Shown: piece by piece, positions 55,913 through 64,000 of the stretch
Layout of the letters: every line of letters starts with the position of its first letter
Numbering within the stretch: the stretch's first letter is position 1
Source of the DNA: an uncultured Bacteroidales bacterium
Lineage (GTDB): Bacteria; Bacteroidota; Bacteroidia; Bacteroidales; UBA932
Direction of reading: 5' to 3'
Length of the DNA stretch: 64,000 nt
Assembly (NCBI GenBank): GCA_946539455.1
Contig: CAMNHL010000008.1
Span: forward strand, 6,331 to 70,330
Position numbers and translations under genes: made by a program
The notes under the pieces: generated by a model
Databases searched by the model: none
Told to the model about the DNA's origin: nothing
The model's input: the letters and a program-made list of their open reading frames with translations, nothing else

Positions 55913-57083
55913 CGTATTTTCCGTGACAGAAGCGGTATGACAGACCGCTTCCGCAGGGACAGGGATCATCGGGCGGCACAGGCCGTACGCGGTTGGCTCT
56001 GTCGAAGTACTGCATCATTTCCTCGCCATAATTGAGGTTCTCCTCAAACTCCTCCCTGAAGTAATCTTCGGGGAGTGAGTATATCATGAGCCCCGTCTCG
56101 TCTGCGCTGTGCCCCTTGAGCAGCCACTTTGGGATGGAATTGGCATATCGGATAATGATGTTGGCAAACTCGGTGAACTCCTCGTATGTTTCTACATAGG
56201 AGTCCTTCTGCGTAATGGGGGAAAGCAGGAGGTCGAGATTCTTCTCGTCGGGTTCATACTGGGCGTTGATCCATACGGAATGGGCTGCATACTCCAGTTC
56301 TTCGCCTTCGTAGCCGGTTTTCTCCAGCATGTCGAGAAGGGCCTGACCCTCACGCGTATGGACTCCGTAAAAGCAGAAAGGCGAGTTCTCCCCTGCCGCA
56401 CGCAGGTCCTCCAGCTCCAGCGAGGCATAGCGCCGCACGCCTTTGTAGAGCTTGCCGCGTTTACGCATCACTTCTTCCAGATTCTCAATGTCGGGAGTGA
56501 CCATGTAGGCGACACCCTTATATTCTTCCTGATAAAGACGGAATACCGGACAACTCGCGAGGTTTGCCGCAAAAGCATGCATGGCCTCGGCGTCGGTGAA
56601 ATCTGCAAAGACAGTATCGACGAATGTTGACAGCGGCACTGCGCCAAATGCGTTCATAGCACCAAGCGCAAGGTGCTCGACCTCGAAGGTTCCATCTTTC
56701 TCTTTCCTTTCGATTACGGCATCTATATCATTATGGATAAGGTCGTAAAACACAGTAGGAATACTGACAGAAACGAGGTCTTCTGTATTTGGCGACTTGT
56801 CGAACACCGCAATATGCAGCACCTCGATGACCATGGGATAATCGGTCGGGATGAGTTCTACCGGGACTTCCGGACCTGCCGCGCAGAGGCGCTTCAGGAC
56901 GCGGAGGTCGCCTTCCATCAAACGGTCGAGCCATCGGGCGGGTTCCGTGAACAGGTTCGCGAGAGCCTTTACGAGATCCTCCTTGCGGTGAGCGAAACGG
57001 GGATACGCGTCAAAATAATCGAGGGTTGCCTCGATCTCTTCCAGCGTACGCTGTTTCAGCAAATCTTTTATTGCAGTGTCCAT
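55905..57083 (-). CDS. SEC-C motif protein
   Basis: C-terminal DDPCPCGSGLSYRFCHG preceded by PKWLLKGH. Confidence 0.82.
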   Translation of the reverse strand: MDTAIKDLLKQRTLEEIEATLDYFDAYPRFAHRKEDLVKALANLFTEPARWLDRLMEGDLRVLKRLCAAGPEVPVELIPTDYPMVIEVLHIAVFDKSPNTEDLVSVSIPTVFYDLIHNDIDAVIERKEKDGTFEVEHLALGAMNAFGAVPLSTFVDTVFADFTDAEAMHAFAANLASCPVFRLYQEEYKGVAYMVTPDIENLEEVMRKRGKLYKGVRRYASLELEDLRAAGENSPFCFYGVHTREGQALLDMLEKTGYEGEELEYAAHSVWINAQYEPDEKNLDLLLSPITQKDSYVETYEEFTEFANIIIRYANSIPKWLLKGHSADETGLMIYSLPEDYFREEFEENLNYGEEMMQYFDRANRVRPVPPDDPCPCGSGLSYRFCHGKYVS

Positions 57084-57095
57084 TGAGCCGCGAAT

Positions 57096-57758
57096 TTAAT
57101 ACTTTTCTGCAGACTTCACAAACAAGATGCCGTCTTGCACATTGAATTTTATTTCCCAGCCGCCGAAACTCATGCCGTACAGACGGCCGGGGTCTTCTTG
57201 ATAACGTGGCCGCGGGTCCTGGGAAAGGACCTGAAGAAGTGCTTGAGCCTGATCTGGTGGCATCTTGTCTATCAGATGCTTGGGGAAATCAACCTTCAGC
57301 GGGGTCCATTGAGCGGAATCCACAAAACCGTTGCGTACGCCGCTCTTGCTGTCGGCGTATTCGACATAAGGCTTGACATCATAAATCGGAGTCCCGTCCG
57401 CAAGGTCGGCGCCGTAAACCTTCAGCACGCCAGCCTCTACGCTTCCGATCCTCACGCAGGAGAGCCCCAGAGGATTGGGGCGAAAAGGAGAGCGGGACGC
57501 AAAAACTCCCACGCGCTCATTCCCGCCAAGCCGGGGAGGACGGACAGTAAGATGCCGGGGATCGGAAGGATTGAGCGAAAATCCCCATATCAGCCAGCAG
57601 TAGTCGAATCCTTCCAGGCCGCGTACGGCCTCGGGAGCATCGTAAGGCGGCACGAAACGGACCTCCCCGGCAAGGTCCGGAGCAAGGCCGGATTGCCTGG
57701 GGATTCCGAATTTGCCGTCAAGCGGAGAACGGAAATAAGCTACCGGTTCTATGTTCAT
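57096..57758 (-). CDS. tsaA: tRNA m6t6A37 methyltransferase TrmO/TsaA
   Basis: KFGIPRQSG, VRPPRLGGN, GVFASRSPFRPNP, DGTPIYDVKPY, QDPRP. Confidence 0.94.
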   Translation of the reverse strand: MNIEPVAYFRSPLDGKFGIPRQSGLAPDLAGEVRFVPPYDAPEAVRGLEGFDYCWLIWGFSLNPSDPRHLTVRPPRLGGNERVGVFASRSPFRPNPLGLSCVRIGSVEAGVLKVYGADLADGTPIYDVKPYVEYADSKSGVRNGFVDSAQWTPLKVDFPKHLIDKMPPDQAQALLQVLSQDPRPRYQEDPGRLYGMSFGGWEIKFNVQDGILFVKSAEKY

Positions 57759-58987
57759 CGGTCCTGACTGCCTATCGAAAGGGTGTCCAGATACGCCTTA
57801 TACAGCTTGCCAAGCGAATCCAGATTCTCGCTCTTCAGCGGCTCGGAAGGAGGCGAAATCATCGAAAGCGGGTCGATGGCGGTTCCGTCTTTCCAGACGC
57901 GGAAATCAAGGTGCGGTCCGGTTGCATGGCCGGTGGCACCCACGTATCCTATAACCTGCCCCTGCGCGACACGCACGCCCTGCCGGATGCCGGAGGCGAA
58001 CTTGGAAAGGTGCATGTAGCAGGTTTCGTAGCCATTCATGTGCCTGATCCTGACGCGGTTTCCTCCGCCGGAGCCGTCCCAGCCGCAAAGCGTGACCGTA
58101 CCGTCTCCAATGGAATGGACGGGTGTCCCGGTAGGCGCCGCATAGTCCACTGCGGTGTGAGGGCGCACCTTACCGGTAATGGGATGCTTGCGATGATAGG
58201 TGAAACGGCTGCTTATACGCGTGAATTGAAGTGGTGCCTTGAGGAAGGCCTTGCGCATGCTCTCCCCTTTCTCATTCCAATACTTGCCGCCGCCGTCACC
58301 CTGGTCGAAACGTATTGCGCTGGCGGTAAACTTGCCGCTGTTGTATATCGCAAAGTCGATTCCGTCGATGCTGATGACCTCTCCTTCGCTCTCGGTCTGA
58401 TTGTATATGACCCGGAAGCGGTCGCCGTCCTGCAGGCCGAAGAAATTGACGGTCCAGGCATATATGTCGGACAGCTCGACAATCAGCAGCGGAGACACGC
58501 CGGCTGCCACCATATCGTTCCACAGGGAGCTGTGTATGGTAATGTCGGCGGTCTTTCGTACGTGCTCGACAGGGCGCATGCACACCCAGCCGCAAAGGGA
58601 ATCACGGCACTGGAAGACGGTAGATTTGATGCGGTCGTTGTGATAGACGACGTACTCTATGCGGCGTCCGGTGGAATCCGGAGAGTAATACGCTTCCAGA
58701 GAATTGCCGGCACGCAGACGGCGCACGTCGAATATGCTGTCGCAGCGCTCCACGAGGGTATATGCATCCGCAGCACCAAGGCCCAGACGCCCCATCATGC
58801 CGGTAAAGGTTTCGCCGTCGCGCACTTTGGTGGAATCCACCGCATAGGCATCGGTACGGAAGCCAAGGAGCAGTATGGTATCTTTCTGGACCGGAGCCTG
58901 AGCGTCATTGCCGCTGCCGCCGCCCCGTACGCACGAGAGCAGCACTTCGCAGGCAAGGCACAAGAGTATTATCTGCCTGATTCTCAT
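57755..58987 (-). CDS. M23 peptidoglycan endopeptidase (MepM-like) lipoprotein
   Basis: HTAVDYAAP, YMHLS, TGPHLDF; lipobox LSC. Confidence 0.92.
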   Translation of the reverse strand: MRIRQIILLCLACEVLLSCVRGGGSGNDAQAPVQKDTILLLGFRTDAYAVDSTKVRDGETFTGMMGRLGLGAADAYTLVERCDSIFDVRRLRAGNSLEAYYSPDSTGRRIEYVVYHNDRIKSTVFQCRDSLCGWVCMRPVEHVRKTADITIHSSLWNDMVAAGVSPLLIVELSDIYAWTVNFFGLQDGDRFRVIYNQTESEGEVISIDGIDFAIYNSGKFTASAIRFDQGDGGGKYWNEKGESMRKAFLKAPLQFTRISSRFTYHRKHPITGKVRPHTAVDYAAPTGTPVHSIGDGTVTLCGWDGSGGGNRVRIRHMNGYETCYMHLSKFASGIRQGVRVAQGQVIGYVGATGHATGPHLDFRVWKDGTAIDPLSMISPPSEPLKSENLDSLGKLYKAYLDTLSIGSQDR

Positions 58988-60648
58988 TTGATGAGGCTTC
59001 CAAGGATACTGCGTGCCAGAGTGCGGATTGCAGAAGAAGCCGCGCTCGAAACAGCCTTGCCGGCAGCCGTCTGCGTGCCTTTTTTCTTCTTGCCGTTTGC
59101 GGTCTTGCTGCCCGTGAGGGAATCAGCCGCTGCCTTGCCGGCACTGCGGGAAAGGCTCGATACGGCGGCTCCGATGGCAGCTCCCATGACGATGGAACCA
59201 AGGCCTTTGGACTTCTTGCCGGCCTGCTGTTGCGCGCGTGCCTCTGCCGCCTGCTGCTTTTCAAGAGCGGCGCGCTCCCTTTCGGCAAGCCGTTCCTGCT
59301 CGGCGCGGGCCTTCTGCTCTTCTATCAGCTGCTGCTGGCGTTCCTGCTCCTGCTCCGCACGCTGCTGGTCTGCAAGCAGAATCTCGAATGCGGATTCGCG
59401 GTCGATGACAGTGTCGTACTTGCCCTTGAGCGGTGAAGAGTTGCGTATGTCGAGGCGCTGGCCTTCGGAAATCGCTCCTATCTGGCTGAGAGGGAAAAGG
59501 ATACGCGCACGCTGAACTATGGAGGGCGCACCCTTTTCGTCCAGGAAGCTGACAAGGGCCTCTCCGGTCTCGAGGTTGGTTATGGCGTCGGCCGTCTTGA
59601 AGGCGGGATTGGGACGGAAGGTCTCTGCAGCGCTGCGGACTGCCTTCTGGTCCTTGGGAGTATAAGCGCGAAGGGCATGCTGGATGCGGTTGCCCAGCTG
59701 GCCGAGTATGCTTTCGGGGATGTCGGTAGGGTTCTGAGTTACAAAGTAAACGCCGACGCCCTTGCTTCGGATGAGGCGTACGACCTGCTCTATCTTGGTC
59801 ACCAGCGCAGGTGCCGTGTCGGTAAAGAGGGTATGGGCCTCGTCGAAGAAGAACACCAGTTTGGGCAGATCGCAGTCGCCGACCTCCGGCAGACGCGCGT
59901 AGATATCCGAAAGCAGCCACAGCAGGAAGGTGGAATAGAGCTTGGGATTCATCATGAGGCGGTCTGCGGCGAGCACGCTCATGACGCCACGGCCGTTTGC
60001 ATCGACTGCGAAGAGGTCTTCTATGTCGAATGAAGGCTCAGCGAAGAATTTCTCCGCACCCTCGTTCTCGAGGCCGAGCAGGGCGCGCTGTATGGCTCCT
60101 ACCGATGCCGCAGTGACGGAACCGTATTCTACCCGCAGCTCGCTCGCATGTTCGTTGACGTAGGCAAGCATGGAACGCAGGTCCTTGAGGTCAATCAGAA
60201 GCAGGCCCCTCTCGTCGGCAATCTTGAACACTATGTCCATGATTCCCGACTGTACTTCGTTGAGTCCCATAAGACGGCTCATGAGAGCGGGACCCATGTT
60301 GGATATGGTGGTGCGCATCGGATGGCCCTGTTCGCCGAATACATCGTAGAAACGCACGGGGCAAGGCGCAAAATGAGGATCGGCGATGCCGAATTCGGCG
60401 CAGCGTTTCTCGATGAAGCCCGACATGCGGCCTGCCTGGCTGATGCCGCTGAGGTCGCCTTTCATGTCTGCCATGAAGCAGGGAACGCCTGCCTGGCTGA
60501 AAGTTTCTGCAAGCACCTGCAGGGTAACGGTTTTACCGGTACCGGTTGCTCCGGCTATAAGGCCGTGGCGGTTTGCCATCTTTCCTGTAATGCTGATTGG
60601 GCCTTCGGGGCCATGGGCGACATAGAGTCCGTTGCTGGTTGTGTACAT
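58984..60648 (-). CDS. DUF853/YjgR family HerA-like P-loop ATPase
   Basis: NRHGLIAGATGTGKT, DMKGDLSG, FFDEAH, RSKGVG, QHALRA. Confidence 0.92.
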   Translation of the reverse strand: MYTTSNGLYVAHGPEGPISITGKMANRHGLIAGATGTGKTVTLQVLAETFSQAGVPCFMADMKGDLSGISQAGRMSGFIEKRCAEFGIADPHFAPCPVRFYDVFGEQGHPMRTTISNMGPALMSRLMGLNEVQSGIMDIVFKIADERGLLLIDLKDLRSMLAYVNEHASELRVEYGSVTAASVGAIQRALLGLENEGAEKFFAEPSFDIEDLFAVDANGRGVMSVLAADRLMMNPKLYSTFLLWLLSDIYARLPEVGDCDLPKLVFFFDEAHTLFTDTAPALVTKIEQVVRLIRSKGVGVYFVTQNPTDIPESILGQLGNRIQHALRAYTPKDQKAVRSAAETFRPNPAFKTADAITNLETGEALVSFLDEKGAPSIVQRARILFPLSQIGAISEGQRLDIRNSSPLKGKYDTVIDRESAFEILLADQQRAEQEQERQQQLIEEQKARAEQERLAERERAALEKQQAAEARAQQQAGKKSKGLGSIVMGAAIGAAVSSLSRSAGKAAADSLTGSKTANGKKKKGTQTAAGKAVSSAASSAIRTLARSILGSLIK

Positions 60649-60723
60649 ATTTCGAGTTTGGTTTAATCTCACAAATATAACAAATATATTTTAACCGTTG
60701 ATATGTCGGGGGCTTGCAAAAAA

Positions 60724-60744
60724 TGTTTATAAGTCTGTTGAAAA
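60724..60744. promoter_or_regulatory. Tandem DnaA-box-like motifs upstream of nrdD
   Basis: TGTTTATAA-GTC-TGTTGAAAA, about 40 nt upstream of the -7 box TAACTTTG (60785-92). Confidence 0.5.
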
Positions 60745-60831
60745 CTTCTGTCGCGCGGGCCGTTTTTCCATATTATGTTTGTCTAACTTTGTAAGCGATT
60801 CGCCGAAAATTTAACAAATCACAATATATAT

Positions 60832-63027
60832 ATGGACGTACGTAAAACTAATGGCTCAATTGAAGAGTACGACAAGGCAAAACTTGCCCGCGGCATCCAC
60901 GAAGCATACAGGAGCGCAGGGCAGTACTGCGACGACGCGATTGTCGTATCCATCATCAACAACCTTTACATCTATGACGGAATAGCGAGCACGGAAATCC
61001 GCCGCCAGGTGGAAGACTCGCTGATGAGCATCAACAAGAAGGTGGCCCATGCCTACATCGACAAGTTCGACGCCGACCTGGACCTCCGCAAGAAGCGCGA
61101 CTTCATCAAGGACTATATCGCCGCCACCAATGCCGCCACAGGCTCCAAGTTCGATGCCAATGCCAACGTCACCCGCAAGAACATAGTCACCCTCGGCAAC
61201 GAGCTCTATAAGGAGAACAACATCAAGCAGAACCGCTATATCATGTGCGACAAGATCAAGACCCTTTACGGCCGCCATCTTGCCGACCAGTATCTCAAAG
61301 ATCTCGAGTCCCACGTGCTCTACAAGCACGACGAGAGCGGTACCCCGGGATTCCCCTACTGCGTAGCCATCACCATGTATCCTTTCCTCGTCAGCGGTCT
61401 TCGCGAGCTGGGCGGCGTGTCCATAGCCCCCACCGACCTCAAGAGTTTCTGCGGCGAATTCATCAACCTGGTGTACTCGGTGTCGTCACAGTTCATGGGA
61501 GCCGTCGCCACTCCAGAGTTCCTTATGTATTTCGATTATTTCGTACGCAAGGACTACGGTGACGACTATCTCGAGCACCTCGACGACGTGGTCGAGCTCA
61601 ACACCAAGAAGAGGACTCTGCGAAAAGTCATCGACAACGGTTTCCAGCAGGTCGTTCACTCCATGAACATGCCCGCCGGCAACCGCGGATACCAGACAGT
61701 GTTCTGGAACATCGGCTACTTCGACAAGCCCTATTTCGAAGGCGTGTTCGGCGACTTCCGCTTCCCCGACGGCACCGCCCCCAAGTGGGAGACTCTCGAC
61801 TGGCTTCAGCGCCACTTCATGAACTGGTTCAACGAGGAGCGCAACCACTATATCCTCACCTTCCCCGTCGAGACCATGGCTCTGCTGACAGACGGAGGCG
61901 ACGATTTCGCCGACAAGGATTACGCAGACTTCACTGCGGAAATGTGGGCAAAGGGCCACAGCTTCTTCTGCTATCTGAGCAACAGCCCCGACTCCCTGAG
62001 CAGCTGCTGCCGCCTGCGCAACTCCCTCAAGGACATGGAGGACACCAGCCACAACCATACCACTCACCAGTACTCCATGGGTACCGCTTCCGTGAGCACC
62101 GGTTCCAAGTCGGTTATGACCATCAATCTTAACCGTCTCATCCAGGATTCCGTCCGCCACTATTTCGCAGAAAGGCGAGGCGTACATCTGGAGGCCGGCA
62201 AGCCCCTGGACCCCGTGAGCAATTTCTACGACAAGGACGACCTGTACACCAACTTCATTACCAAGGATATACGGGAAATGACCGAACGTGTGCACAAGTA
62301 CCAGATAGCTTTCAACGAGATTATAAAGGACTTCCTCAAAGCCGAGATGCTCGACGTTTACAAGGCCGGCTTCATAGACATGAAGCGCCAGTACCTTACC
62401 GTCGGCGTGAACGGCCTTACCGAGGCGGCCGAATTCCTCGGGCTCGAGGTTTCGCCCAATCCCGAATATGGTGCATTCGTCAATACGATCCTGGAGACAA
62501 TCAACATTGCAAACCGCAAGGACCGCACTCCCGACGCCATGTTCAACACCGAATTCGTACCTGCAGAGAACCTTGCGGCAAAGAATTACAAGTGGGACAA
62601 GAAGGACGGTTACTTCGTTTCTTCAAAGCACAACCTTTACAGCTCCTACTTCTACAATCCGGAAGACACTTCCGTGTCCATGATAGACAAGTTCAAGCTG
62701 CATGGCGAAGATTTCGTGAAGTATCTCGACGGAGGCAGCGCGCTGCACATGAACATTGCCGAGCACCTCAGCAAAGAGCAGTACCGCCAGCTCCTCAGCA
62801 CCGCCGCGCATTACGGCACCAATTACTTCACCTTCAACTGCCGCAACACCGTCTGCAACGATTGCGGATACATCAGCAAGGACACCCTTACCAAGTGCCC
62901 CAAGTGCGGCAGCGAAAACCTTGATTACCTTACCCGTGTAATCGGCTACCTCAAGAGAGTCTCCAGCTTTGCGGAGCCCCGTCAGATAGAAGCTGAACAC
63001 CGCTATTACACCCCCAAGGATGCTTAA
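60832..63027 (+). CDS. nrdD: Anaerobic (class III) ribonucleoside-triphosphate reductase
   Basis: N-terminal ATP cone, YKHD, PYC, SSCCRL, PAE, CxxC...CxxC, glycyl-radical motif RVIGYL. Confidence 0.95.
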   Translation: MDVRKTNGSIEEYDKAKLARGIHEAYRSAGQYCDDAIVVSIINNLYIYDGIASTEIRRQVEDSLMSINKKVAHAYIDKFDADLDLRKKRDFIKDYIAATNAATGSKFDANANVTRKNIVTLGNELYKENNIKQNRYIMCDKIKTLYGRHLADQYLKDLESHVLYKHDESGTPGFPYCVAITMYPFLVSGLRELGGVSIAPTDLKSFCGEFINLVYSVSSQFMGAVATPEFLMYFDYFVRKDYGDDYLEHLDDVVELNTKKRTLRKVIDNGFQQVVHSMNMPAGNRGYQTVFWNIGYFDKPYFEGVFGDFRFPDGTAPKWETLDWLQRHFMNWFNEERNHYILTFPVETMALLTDGGDDFADKDYADFTAEMWAKGHSFFCYLSNSPDSLSSCCRLRNSLKDMEDTSHNHTTHQYSMGTASVSTGSKSVMTINLNRLIQDSVRHYFAERRGVHLEAGKPLDPVSNFYDKDDLYTNFITKDIREMTERVHKYQIAFNEIIKDFLKAEMLDVYKAGFIDMKRQYLTVGVNGLTEAAEFLGLEVSPNPEYGAFVNTILETINIANRKDRTPDAMFNTEFVPAENLAAKNYKWDKKDGYFVSSKHNLYSSYFYNPEDTSVSMIDKFKLHGEDFVKYLDGGSALHMNIAEHLSKEQYRQLLSTAAHYGTNYFTFNCRNTVCNDCGYISKDTLTKCPKCGSENLDYLTRVIGYLKRVSSFAEPRQIEAEHRYYTPKDA

Positions 63028-63472
63028 GTACCTCCCCGGCCTCACAGATGTCGTGGCCGAAGAAATACCCGATCGCGTTACCCTGGCAGTAGAGATTACC
63101 AACTGCCAGGGTAATTGCCCAGGATGTCACTCTCCTTTCCTCCGCGACGATATCGGCGAAGAGCTGACCGCCAAGGCGATAGACGCCATGATTGCAGACA
63201 ACTTCGGCGTCAACTGCTTCCTGTTCCTTGGCGAAGGTCGCGACCGCGATTCCCTGTTCTCGCTTGCACGCCATATAAAGGATGCGTATCCAGGAGTCGA
63301 AACAGCCCTCTATACCGGCCGCGAGAGCGTCGGAGACGAGTATGGCCGTTATTTTGATTACATCAAGACTGGTCCTTACATCGAGTCTCTGGGGCCCTTG
63401 AACAAGCGCACCACCAACCAGCGCCTCTACTATCACGGAGAAGACATTACGCCCCGTTTCTGGAAGCGATAA
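63020..63472 (+). CDS. nrdG: Class III RNR activating radical-SAM protein
   Basis: CQGNCPGCHS, YIKTGPY, TTNQR; overlaps the nrdD stop. Confidence 0.95.
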   Translation: MLKYLPGLTDVVAEEIPDRVTLAVEITNCQGNCPGCHSPFLRDDIGEELTAKAIDAMIADNFGVNCFLFLGEGRDRDSLFSLARHIKDAYPGVETALYTGRESVGDEYGRYFDYIKTGPYIESLGPLNKRTTNQRLYYHGEDITPRFWKR

Positions 63473-63490
63473 TCCCCTTTCTGCGTCTCG

Positions 63491-64000
63491 TTACCAGCTG
63501 AATTCCAGTTGCCCCATGACCGTAGTTCCCGGCATGGGATAGCCTTGGACTATCTGGTAACGGCAATTGAATATGTTTCGGACGCTTATGCCGGCATTCA
63601 TCCTCAGACCTTCGTCAAAAGTCAGTGTGTGCATCAAGTATGCATCGCTTACGCTCCAAGGCGGAAGACGATAGTCGTCGGTATTTGCTGAACGGGACCA
63701 TCTCTGCCCGACCGCGGACGTATCCCACCGCAGGCTCCAGCCACGCCATGTCGTATGCGCCGACACGCTCCCGCTGTGCAGCGGAATGTACGGAATCTGA
63801 TTCCCCCATGTAAGGCTCCCCTGGCTGCTGTGGTCCAATGCCTGCTGAAGCGAATAGCGGAGAGCAAGGGAACATTCCCAGCCATCAGAGGAAAACGCCC
63901 CGCAGGCCTTGACATCGAGTCCGGCGACGTCCACTTTGCCAATGTTGAGCATGGTCCAGCGGAACTGCGATACCGTGGGAATAGCGACAATCTTGTCGTC
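63491..64000 (-). CDS. TonB-dependent receptor, C-terminal part (runs off the window)
   Basis: Frame open to 64000 (DDKIVAIPT...MLNIGKV); NIFNCRY...YPMPG and terminal aromatic residue. Confidence 0.85.
   Translation of the reverse strand, partial: DDKIVAIPTVSQFRWTMLNIGKVDVAGLDVKACGAFSSDGWECSLALRYSLQQALDHSSQGSLTWGNQIPYIPLHSGSVSAHTTWRGWSLRWDTSAVGQRWSRSANTDDYRLPPWSVSDAYLMHTLTFDEGLRMNAGISVRNIFNCRYQIVQGYPMPGTTVMGQLEFSW

Noticed and set aside
57911-59515. Long antisense or shadow ORFs (this 534-aa one, also 4533-5855, 6008-7384, 26423-27778 and others)
   Set aside because: They lie opposite well-supported genes, have no recognisable motifs, and are expected from GC-rich codon usage.
58984-60648. 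HerA-like ATPase as part of an anti-phage system
   Set aside because: Motifs match the housekeeping DUF853/YjgR family, and no nuclease, SIR2 or other defence partner is adjacent.
60820-60835. NrdR-box-like CACAATATATATGG at the nrdD start
   Set aside because: Single imperfect copy where tandem boxes are expected; it also fits the AT-rich translation-initiation context of Bacteroidota, which mostly lack NrdR.
60832-63472. nrdDG as a prophage marker
   Set aside because: No phage structural, integrase or replication genes nearby, and codon usage is host-like.

Overview
Core-chromosome window of a GC-rich Bacteroidales bacterium, inferred from TAnnTTTG promoters, the absence of Shine-Dalgarno motifs and gene content; a gut or rumen lineage is plausible. 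It holds about 57 housekeeping CDSs and no tRNA, rRNA, CRISPR array, transposase or integrase that I can see. The region looks like the replication terminus: a 28-bp dif-like site sits at 34755-34782, and GGGNAGGG (KOPS-like) octamers point toward it from both sides. About 5 kb from dif, a small XRE-HTH gene faces a 450-bp AT-rich intergenic locus with TTAC-N4-GTAA palindromes, three IHF-consensus sites and DnaA-box-like words. This is my best candidate for an undescribed terminus-associated DNA-protein system, and it remains a hypothesis. Other highlights: (1) a promoter- and terminator-bounded ~95-nt A/C-rich candidate sRNA between trmD and asd; (2) a probable single operon joining a Na+-pumping acyl-CoA decarboxylase to a Na+-type V-ATPase; (3) a degenerate PyrD-like protein; (4) a hydrolase-dead, shortened RelA/SpoT protein; (5) a methanogen-type cysteate synthase; (6) a redoxin-type NrdD with tandem DnaA-like boxes upstream. 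All calls come from reading the sequence by eye; no database search was run.
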